64,000 bases of DNA from an uncultured Ignavibacteriales bacterium (GTDB taxonomy: Bacteria > Zixibacteria > MSB-5A5 > GN15 > FEB-12), in contig CAYQDB010000007.1 of the NCBI GenBank assembly GCA_964416195.1, positions 78,160 to 142,159 on the forward strand. The letters run 5' to 3'. This document shows, piece after piece, positions 1 through 7,445 of the stretch (within the stretch, counting starts at the first letter, position 1; each line of letters starts with the position of its first letter). The notes below the pieces were generated by a model. The model saw nothing but the letters and a program-made list of their open reading frames with translations, did no database searches and was not told the origin of the DNA. The position numbers were made by a program, and so were the translations under genes.

Positions 1-108
1 GTCTTGTTGTAGTATCGGAGTTTTAGGTCAAAACCTTGACTCAATTTCGGCTGACCGGCTATTGTAAGCCGTTGAAGGACAATAAAGTGTGGGGGGTCGG
101 CGGAAACG

Positions 109-1800
109 CTACGCAGATACAGCAAAGACCTCGTCGATATCTATCAACCCCTGCTTCATCTTGTCGATGGCAGACATGCGCAGGCTGTACATCCCCTCTT
201 CCAAAGCCGCCTGCCTGATCTCAGTATCGGCCGCCTTGTCAAGGATCAACCTTTCTATTTGCTGGCTGATCGGCATGACTTCATAGATCGCCGTCCTGCC
301 GGACTTACCGGTGCTGTTGCACTCCCGGCACCCAACCCCCCGAAAGGCTCTGATGTTTCGCAACAGTTCTTTGGGAACCCCCAAGCTTTCCACCTGCTGC
401 TCTGTCAGATTCACTTCTTCTTTACACGATTGACAGATCTTTCGCACCATGCGCTGAGCCATGATCAGCTTTGTAGCCGACGCGACAAGGTAGTATGGGA
501 TTTCCATGTCGATCAGCCGGTTGATCGACGAGGGCGCATCGTTGGTATGCAACGTAGAAAAGACAAGGTGTCCGGTGAGAGCGGCCCGGATAGCTATCTC
601 GGCTGTTTCACTGTCACGAATCTCGCCTACCATAATGATATCCGGGTCCTGCCGCAGGAATGATCGCAGGGCCGCGGAAAACGTCATGCCGATGTCCGAC
701 CGCACCGCTATCTGATTGATACCGTCGAAGTTGAACTCCACCGGATCCTCGGAGGTCATGATGTTCACATCGACAGTGTTCAACTGTTTCAAGGCCGAAT
801 AGAGTGTGGTGGTTTTACCGGAGCCGGTCGGACCAGTAACAAGGATAATACCATAAGGGAGGTGGATCACCCTGTCAAATTTCTTCAAGTCCTCCTCTCT
901 AAAACCCAGCTTCGTCATATCGACCATAAGCGCCATTGGGTCCAGAATTCGCATGACGACCTTCTCGCCAAAGATAGTCGGCAACACCGACACACGCAGA
1001 TCAACCGTGCGTCCGGCCACCTTGACCTTGATACGGCCATCTTGAGGAAGACGCCGTTCGGATATGTCAAGGTCAGCCATAATCTTGACACGCGATACGA
1101 TAGCCGCTCGATACTTAAACGGCAGCGGCGCCATTTCCTGAAGATTACCGTCGATGCGATAGCGCACCCGAATCCTTTTCTCGTACATCTCAAGGTGGAT
1201 ATCCGAGGCGCCCATCCGGATAGCGTCGCTGATTATTGAGTCCACCAGCTTCACCAGGGGCTTGTCCTGAACAGCCGACAGCAGATCGGATTCTGTCGGT
1301 CCGGTATCAGCCTCAACAACCTCCAGGTCCGTATCCTCTTCCAGCCCCTTGACGATTTCAGACAGCGCTCCGGAATCGGAATAGTAAGCCTCTATGGCCT
1401 TCTCAATAGCCTTTTCGGGGGAGATTACAGGCTGAACGACGCAGCCGGTGATGAACTTGATAGCATCAAGGACGTAGATATTGTTTGGATCACTGATAGC
1501 AACCAGGAGCGTCTTATTGATCTTGGAAACGGCAATTACTTTGAACTTGCGGGCAATATCGGCCGGTATCAGCTTGATGACCTCAGGATTCAATTCAATA
1601 TCACCAAGCCGGAGCGCCCCGATTTTCAGGTGCTTGCCGATAAGCTTGGCTATATCATCTTCGGAATCGACCGCCCCGATTTTCACCAGGGCGCTTTCGA
1701 ATTTTTCCTTCTTGTCTCTGGAATAGTCAAGAGCCTTGTCGGCTTGTTCCTGAGTGATCTTGCCGGCGTTGACTAATATCGTCCCGAGTTCTGAAGACAT
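109..1800 (-). CDS. pilB: Type IV pilus assembly / type II secretion family ATPase (PilB/GspE)
   Basis: 563-aa ORF. It has a T2SSE_N-type N-terminal region, Walker A GPTGSGKTTT, Walker B-type IIMVGEIRD and the C-terminal tetracysteine CQSC...CRECNSTG typical of PilB/GspE. Confidence 0.9.
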   Translation of the reverse strand: MSSELGTILVNAGKITQEQADKALDYSRDKKEKFESALVKIGAVDSEDDIAKLIGKHLKIGALRLGDIELNPEVIKLIPADIARKFKVIAVSKINKTLLVAISDPNNIYVLDAIKFITGCVVQPVISPEKAIEKAIEAYYSDSGALSEIVKGLEEDTDLEVVEADTGPTESDLLSAVQDKPLVKLVDSIISDAIRMGASDIHLEMYEKRIRVRYRIDGNLQEMAPLPFKYRAAIVSRVKIMADLDISERRLPQDGRIKVKVAGRTVDLRVSVLPTIFGEKVVMRILDPMALMVDMTKLGFREEDLKKFDRVIHLPYGIILVTGPTGSGKTTTLYSALKQLNTVDVNIMTSEDPVEFNFDGINQIAVRSDIGMTFSAALRSFLRQDPDIIMVGEIRDSETAEIAIRAALTGHLVFSTLHTNDAPSSINRLIDMEIPYYLVASATKLIMAQRMVRKICQSCKEEVNLTEQQVESLGVPKELLRNIRAFRGVGCRECNSTGKSGRTAIYEVMPISQQIERLILDKAADTEIRQAALEEGMYSLRMSAIDKMKQGLIDIDEVFAVSA

Positions 1801-1867
1801 ACTACACTACCCGTACCCCACCACATGTTTACGGCTGTAAAGCAACCTTGCAGCTGTTTCAGCCGGA

Positions 1868-2359
1868 TTAGTCCTGGAAAATATCGTCTAACTTGTCCTG
1901 AGCCATTGCGGCAAACTCACTGGAAACACCGGAGTCTGTTTTGGCTTGTGGGTGTTGCTTGATCTGCTCGAATATCTTGGTCAGCTCAGCGGCTGTTTCT
2001 TTGGCGTACAGCCGCACCATGCCGATAGTTGTGCGATCATCGAAAATCACCGCGAGAATTGACCGCTCGCCTATCAGGCACATGTGAATGTGATCCTTCT
2101 TTCCCTGATGAAACAAAACGGAAAACTCCGGTTCACCTACTAACCGGGCAATTTCCTTGGTAGAGGCGAAGGACCCGGCCAGCAGAGCAGCCAGAGCCGT
2201 GGTGTCGAGTGAATGCGTGAAACCCTGACGGGTAATCAGATGGCCGTCCTTGTCCACCAAGAGGGCGCACTTGGCCTCCGCACTCCGGAGCATGCCCGAT
2301 ATCGCAGCTTCGATCCGGGTTATCTCTTCTTCATAAATGATCAGACCATCATCAGTCAT
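1868..2359 (-). CDS. mglB: MglB, Roadblock/LC7-fold GAP partner of MglA
   Basis: Colinear with Myxococcus MglB as I recall it (IYEEE, LLVDKDGHLI, DTTALAALLAG, VIFDDRTTIGMVRL, ELTKIFE, acidic C-terminus DKLDDIFQD). I moved the start to ATG 2359, which is preceded by AGGAG; the ORF-track start at 2404 would overlap mglA. Confidence 0.85.
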   Translation of the reverse strand: MTDDGLIIYEEEITRIEAAISGMLRSAEAKCALLVDKDGHLITRQGFTHSLDTTALAALLAGSFASTKEIARLVGEPEFSVLFHQGKKDHIHMCLIGERSILAVIFDDRTTIGMVRLYAKETAAELTKIFEQIKQHPQAKTDSGVSSEFAAMAQDKLDDIFQD

Positions 2360-2376
2360 TGTTATCTCCTTGACTG

Positions 2377-3459
2377 CTATTTTATACCGAACAGGCGTTT
2401 CCAAAAGCCACGCCTTTTCATCGCGCCTCGCCGCCGCAGAGCAGGCGCCATAACCGGCGTTCTTGTCCTCTCCGACGCTTCGTCTTTGTCAGCGCTGTCG
2501 GGTTTTAGTACTCTCCGTTCTATCGGCACCCCTGTCGCTTCTTCTCTCCGAGCAGGAGAGAATGTCGTGGGTGAAATCCTCTTTCCCTCGTCTTCTTCTT
2601 TTTCGGTGCCCGGGTATGGCCGGTATTGATAAGAAGGCTCGCGTGCCGCACTTCCCTGCGAGGCGGCAGCCTCGGTCAGGTCGGCAGACGGCTTCTCTAC
2701 TGATGCTGCAGCAGATGCCGAGCTAGCGGAAACTGCCACCGTTTGCGGTTTTTCCGGATTCGGTTGGGCCCCAAGCTGGGGTACACTGGGCGCTTCTGGC
2801 ACTGCGCTGGGAGCAGGCGCGGAAGCCGCAACAGGGGTCGGATGCGGAGTCGCTTCCACAGCGGGCTTCGGAGTGCTGCTGGATTTCGCTTTGTCGAGGA
2901 CCAGCTTGATGATCAGCTTTAGAGTGTCAAACACCCCGTTGCCGATTGTGGCCGAAGATTCAAAGTGAGGCCACCCCCGTGTATTGAGTTTGGCGTTCAG
3001 CTCCTCCACCGTCAATACACCCGGCAGATCTCGCTTGTTGTACTGAATAACCATAGGCAGATCATTGATATTGTAGCCATATTCCTTGAGATTTTCCTCA
3101 AGATTGACCAGCGACTCAATGTTCTCCTCCATCTTGTCAGGCTGACTGTCGGCAACGAATACAACGCCGTCGACACCTCGCAAGACGAGCTTGCGTGTGG
3201 CGTTATAATAGACCTGGCCGGGGACCGTGTACAGTTGGAACTTCGCAGCAAAACCGTTAATCGTCCCGATATTAATGGGGAGGAAATCAAAATACAGAGT
3301 TCTGTCAGACTCCGTCGCCAAAGAGATGAGCTTCCCGCGGGTGTTCGACGGTACCTTTGAGTGGACATACTGCAGGTTAGTCGTCTTGCCGGACAGCCCA
3401 GGGCCATAGTACACGATCTTGCAGCAGACTTCCCGTGACGAGTAGTTGATTGATACCAT
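2377..3459 (-). CDS. mglA: MglA-family Ras-like GTPase with a ~165-aa low-complexity C-terminal extension
   Basis: The first ~195 aa are almost colinear with M. xanthus MglA (INYSSRE, KIVYYGPGLSGKTTNLQY, DRTLYFDFLP, LYTVPGQVYY, GVDGVVFVADSQ, IQYNKRDLP). A Pro/Ala/Ser/Glu-rich tail follows, ending RRRGAMKRRGFWKRLFGIK. Confidence 0.9.
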   Translation of the reverse strand: MVSINYSSREVCCKIVYYGPGLSGKTTNLQYVHSKVPSNTRGKLISLATESDRTLYFDFLPINIGTINGFAAKFQLYTVPGQVYYNATRKLVLRGVDGVVFVADSQPDKMEENIESLVNLEENLKEYGYNINDLPMVIQYNKRDLPGVLTVEELNAKLNTRGWPHFESSATIGNGVFDTLKLIIKLVLDKAKSSSTPKPAVEATPHPTPVAASAPAPSAVPEAPSVPQLGAQPNPEKPQTVAVSASSASAAASVEKPSADLTEAAASQGSAAREPSYQYRPYPGTEKEEDEGKRISPTTFSPARREEATGVPIERRVLKPDSADKDEASERTRTPVMAPALRRRGAMKRRGFWKRLFGIK

Positions 3460-3490
3460 AACTTCCTATCTCACAGCTATCTGATTTTCC

Positions 3491-3832
3491 TTAGTGGGCA
3501 ATTTTCAACCTCTTAATGGCGTTTTTGATTTCCAGCCGAATCAGACCGATATTGATATCCTTTTCGGTAGTGACCACCAGTAAGCCCACCCCGACCTTGG
3601 TGAAGAAAAGCTTGCCATCTTCAGCCTCAATCGTCACCTGTGCCAGCGGTTGAGTTTCAAGACGATCCAGCGACTTTCGTATATTGGACGTGATAGAAGC
3701 CGCCAGCGCACCAACAGCATCGCCCTCCGACCCGGCTGCGAGGTCAGAGGCAATCACAATGCCGTCATCGCCGACCACCATGGAACCGGTGATGCCGGTC
3801 GTTTTGTTCAGTTCGTTAAGCGCTTGATACAT
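3491..3832 (-). CDS. Roadblock/LC7 domain protein (stand-alone, 113 aa)
   Basis: The size and pattern are typical of Robl_LC7 (GITGSMVVGDDGIVIAS ... LLVVTTEKDINIGLIRLEI). It overlaps the upstream ORF by 17 nt. Confidence 0.7.
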   Translation of the reverse strand: MYQALNELNKTTGITGSMVVGDDGIVIASDLAAGSEGDAVGALAASITSNIRKSLDRLETQPLAQVTIEAEDGKLFFTKVGVGLLVVTTEKDINIGLIRLEIKNAIKRLKIAH

Positions 3833-4817
3833 GTATCTTCTCCGCGTTTACGGACAGTTTTGGGCCGTACCGCCGTGCAATGTATTTTCTGATCATTTCC
3901 TGTCCCTGGTTGATTCTAATATTGAGGAATTCGCCACCCTGCCGTGATGCAATGACCATCAGATACCACGATCCCTGGCGGGTGACAATGATTCTCGTAT
4001 CTTTTACACTAAGATCAATTTTCTCCGGCGCCTCCCATCCAACCCGCTGAAGAATGGTCTTGTTAACCTCACAAAAGACTAACGAAAAAGGCGCCCAGTC
4101 CTCTACCTCTATCTCACCTCGTTGGAAGTGTCCCAGTAACAATCCCTCGTGATCTACTACAACTGCCAGTTGCACAGAATTGTCCTCGCCAATGTACCGC
4201 GCCGCCTGGTCAAAGCCATTGGCCTCAGCAGACCTCGGCGCAGAGGGGGAATTGGTATGGGTTTCTCTTGATTGATATACTTTCCGTTCACTGGGGGGGA
4301 CCGAGGTAGGTCTGCCGGCCTCCCGTGCCGTGGAAACAGCTACGGCTGTCCTCCCGTGACCCGGTGCTTCGGTCGCTATAGGTTCTCTTACCGGGTGATA
4401 CCAACGCTCCCAGGATGGCACCAACCGGGCGGTAATTGGCTTCAAGATAAAAGGTGTTGCCGCAATCTGCAACAAAATCGCCGGCAGATAGCTCGACATC
4501 CCAATCGTCAAGGAAACGGTGAGATTCATCGAATACATAGTCGCAATGAGCAAACCAAAGATGGCACCAAGCAGCAACCTATAGACAAGGTAAACACCGG
4601 CCGCCTGAACGATCCTGGGGAGCGAAGCGCGTCGGAAGAAGAAGTACGCAACCACTGCATAGTAGATCAACTCGCAGATGATGCTGACCAACGAGACCTT
4701 GGCCAACCCCAAGCCCAAACAATCCGGGAAAAGAATCATAGGGGCAATCAGAATCAACAGCGAAACCAACGATATTTGACGGATGTCACGTCCGGTTATT
4801 TCCATAACATATCCCAT
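3816..4817 (-). CDS. Membrane protein (about 4-5 TM) with a C-terminal Roadblock/LC7-like domain
   Basis: The N-terminal 150 aa are hydrophobic helices, followed by a Pro/Ser-rich linker. The C-terminal ~110 aa show the Roadblock pattern (LAVVVDHEGLLLGH ... WYLMVIASRQG). The domain call is by pattern only. Confidence 0.55.
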   Translation of the reverse strand: MGYVMEITGRDIRQISLVSLLILIAPMILFPDCLGLGLAKVSLVSIICELIYYAVVAYFFFRRASLPRIVQAAGVYLVYRLLLGAIFGLLIATMYSMNLTVSLTIGMSSYLPAILLQIAATPFILKPITARLVPSWERWYHPVREPIATEAPGHGRTAVAVSTAREAGRPTSVPPSERKVYQSRETHTNSPSAPRSAEANGFDQAARYIGEDNSVQLAVVVDHEGLLLGHFQRGEIEVEDWAPFSLVFCEVNKTILQRVGWEAPEKIDLSVKDTRIIVTRQGSWYLMVIASRQGGEFLNIRINQGQEMIRKYIARRYGPKLSVNAEKIHVSSA

Positions 4818-4823
4818 GAAAGA

Positions 4824-5672
4824 CTATTCATACCTTGCCAGCAGTTTCTCTATTCTCATTCTCAATGTCCCCAAATTGACAGAGCTATTAGCCGCAAACA
4901 GAAACACACCATCGCCAACCCTAATCAGATAAAACGTCGGTTCCTCAGTTTCGATTAGGACACTCTTGACACTGCCGAAAGAACTATTGATCAACTCTCC
5001 ATGAATGGCATTGCCCATGTTTCCCAAGGTGGCCGCGCAGGTGGATGGGTCCATCTGAAGCGACCACTCCGATTCCACCACAAGACCCTCAAGGTTCAGG
5101 AACAGAGCGCCTTCGACTCCCGCAATGGCGGTACTTTGCTCGACAATATCCCTTTCCATAAGCCGAGGGGACGGTTCCTCAACAACAGTCCCCGGTGCCG
5201 TGTCATGCTCGCTTTCTCTTGGCTTGCTGCCGGCGGATAAGGCCGCCTGCTCTTCGGGAAGCCTCTGCGCGATTCCCAGCAGTTTCTTGATCTGCTCATG
5301 GTCCGGATCTGCTTTGTGCAACTCCTTCAGCAGCTTAATGGCGGCTTTGAAATCACCCTTGTAGATATATATCTCAGCCAGCAATAACCCAAGCGATCGC
5401 GTCTGACCGTCGATTACCATCGCCTTGCCGGCTTCGATCTCCGCCCAATCGTATAGCCCCCGATCAAGATTGATCTTGGCCATGACGACATGGGCCGAAC
5501 TGTAAGATGGATGAACCCTTAGGCCATTCTGACAGATACGAAACGCCCTCTCCAGGTCTCCTTTCTTGCGGCAAGCATCAGCCAAAGCCGCAAAAATCTG
5601 GGAATTGGGGTCTGCGTCCAGAATTTTCTCACACTTTGTGATTCTCTCATCCAGTTCGGGGACGCTGACCAT
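4824..5672 (-). CDS. TPR-repeat protein with a C-terminal Roadblock/LC7-like domain
   Basis: The N-terminal ~130 aa contain TPR-like repeats (ALADACRKKGDLERAFRICQNGLRVHP, AEIYIYKGDFKAAIKLLKEL). The C-terminus has the pattern GVEGALFLNLEGLVVES ... FYLIRVGDGVFLFAAN. Confidence 0.55.
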   Translation of the reverse strand: MVSVPELDERITKCEKILDADPNSQIFAALADACRKKGDLERAFRICQNGLRVHPSYSSAHVVMAKINLDRGLYDWAEIEAGKAMVIDGQTRSLGLLLAEIYIYKGDFKAAIKLLKELHKADPDHEQIKKLLGIAQRLPEEQAALSAGSKPRESEHDTAPGTVVEEPSPRLMERDIVEQSTAIAGVEGALFLNLEGLVVESEWSLQMDPSTCAATLGNMGNAIHGELINSSFGSVKSVLIETEEPTFYLIRVGDGVFLFAANSSVNLGTLRMRIEKLLARYE

Positions 5673-5736
5673 CTATATACCTATAACCCGCTTTGAAACA
5701 AAACATTAACTGATGATGTTCTTTTCTTGATCGATA

Positions 5737-5765
5737 ATCATAAATACTACAAAAGGTTATGTCAA
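5737..5765 (-). promoter_or_regulatory. Sigma-70-type promoter upstream of the TPR-Roadblock gene
   Basis: On the minus strand: TTGACA (5765-5760), a 17-nt spacer, then TATGAT (5742-5737). It sits in the only sizeable gap (104 nt) in the gene string. Confidence 0.5.
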
Positions 5766-5776
5766 CCTTTACTTTA

Positions 5777-6139
5777 TCAACTCAGAACACGCCTTGTTTC
5801 CACAATTCCAAAGAAGAACAACCCGCTCATCAAAACCAAGCCGGCCGGGACAACAAAAGAGGGCAGGCTGAAGATTTCGAAGGAGTTGCCGAGGATACCA
5901 AATTCGCACAGTGTCAGCACCCCGAAACCGCCTAAAAACAGTTGCCAGCTCTTGCTTAACTGACCGCCTCTGACCAGAGCTAGAACCTTGACAGCTCCAG
6001 TCACACAAGCAACCGCAAAAACAAGAATGAAGAGATTGAGGAGTGTCGGTGGGCTGGTGATGACGGCGAAGTTGGCCGCTTCCGCGCGACTGGCACCTAC
6101 AGCAAAAAACAACACACCCAGCAGTATCGTCTTTCTCAT
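5777..6139 (-). CDS. Small membrane protein with a signal peptide (120 aa)
   Basis: Signal-like N-terminus MRKTILLGVLFFAVGASRAEA followed by three hydrophobic helices. No recognisable family. Confidence 0.45.
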   Translation of the reverse strand: MRKTILLGVLFFAVGASRAEAANFAVITSPPTLLNLFILVFAVACVTGAVKVLALVRGGQLSKSWQLFLGGFGVLTLCEFGILGNSFEIFSLPSFVVPAGLVLMSGLFFFGIVETRRVLS

Positions 6140-6143
6140 GCTT

Positions 6144-7343
6144 CTACTCCCTTACCATTTTTACGACTTTGTCTGCACGCTTGAGCGTTCTGTAAAACGT
6201 ATCTTCGATATTGTAGCGTTTAACCAGTTCACGCCGCACCGCGAGCGGCTCCGAAATCTCTTTTTTAACATCGTTCACAGCTTCTCGGAACGCGCCAACC
6301 CCCAACAGCTGAAACACACACTCAAGCTGTTCCATCAACATCTGCCCAAGCTGCATCATCAGCTTATGAAACCGGATAGGGGCCGGTATTCCTCGGACAG
6401 CGGTTACGAATTTCTCAAAGGAAGGCATCAGATCTGAACCGGGGTCGACACCGGGGAAATAGTTCAGTAGCCCGCCACGGTACTGAGCAACAAAGGTGCT
6501 GAAGCGGGTGTTTTCCTCCCCCAGTTTGGTGTCTATCAGCGACCGAATGCGATGGAAGCAGTGGTTGTAGAGATTGAAAATCAGCTTCAGCACCACCTCT
6601 TCTTCGTCTTCCTTGTCTGTCTCCTCGGCGCGCTTGCCGACCACCTCAATCAGCTTGTTGAGGATCAAGCTATAGGTGGCACGGCTGGTGACAAATTCCC
6701 CCATTGGCGAGAGGTTTATCAGATCCGGAAGTGTCCGTTCCCCATTGACAAGAGCCAGCACCTTGAATTCATCCATCGACAGGACTATTTCGTCGCGGTT
6801 TATCTTGGGCGACTTTACAATAGCCAACAGAACATCGTCCGGCGGAAGGACCTTCTGAATTTCCAGCCATTCGTCGATGCGGCGCGTGCCTTCCATGATG
6901 ACATTCATAGTGTTCAACTCTACCTGGAAGGGAGCATTTTGGGGAGATACACCTTCATGGAAGATGAAATCCCCCTCATGCCATGAGAACAGGTTGTACA
7001 CGATCTCTTCTATTTGCAGTTTCAGGCACTCGGTGATGTCACCCTTCTCAAACAAGTTCATGTCGATCAGGGTGGTCCCCAGTTGCCGGCCGGTTTGCTT
7101 ATGGAGAGTTATAGCCCGTTCGAGGTCTGTTTTAGAAATCTTGCCTCTCCTCAGAAGCATGTTGCCCAGTAGGTCTTCGGAGGAATTGATGGACGAGGCA
7201 TAGATAATATTGCCGTCCTTGAAGGCAACCTCCTTCTGGCGGGTTGAAGTTTTCAGCTCGAGCACACCACTCTTCTTACCGCTAGCCAGTAACTGGAGAA
7301 TGTCCGGAAAAGAAACCGTTTTCAAGTTGCCAGATAGACTCAT
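6144..7343 (-). CDS. DUF4388 / PATAN-domain protein
   Basis: N-terminal signature GNLKTVSFPDILQLLASGKKSGVLEL...FKDGNIIYA is typical of DUF4388/PATAN. A long helical C-terminal half follows. Confidence 0.7.
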   Translation of the reverse strand: MSLSGNLKTVSFPDILQLLASGKKSGVLELKTSTRQKEVAFKDGNIIYASSINSSEDLLGNMLLRRGKISKTDLERAITLHKQTGRQLGTTLIDMNLFEKGDITECLKLQIEEIVYNLFSWHEGDFIFHEGVSPQNAPFQVELNTMNVIMEGTRRIDEWLEIQKVLPPDDVLLAIVKSPKINRDEIVLSMDEFKVLALVNGERTLPDLINLSPMGEFVTSRATYSLILNKLIEVVGKRAEETDKEDEEEVVLKLIFNLYNHCFHRIRSLIDTKLGEENTRFSTFVAQYRGGLLNYFPGVDPGSDLMPSFEKFVTAVRGIPAPIRFHKLMMQLGQMLMEQLECVFQLLGVGAFREAVNDVKKEISEPLAVRRELVKRYNIEDTFYRTLKRADKVVKMVRE

Positions 7344-7445
7344 GTCTTACCTTTCAAAAATACCGTCGGATTAGTCCTTTGCCCCACAGAACGGGGTTCT
7401 TCTTTATCATTATCGGGCAAAGAGATCGGTTACTTGATGGGAAAA

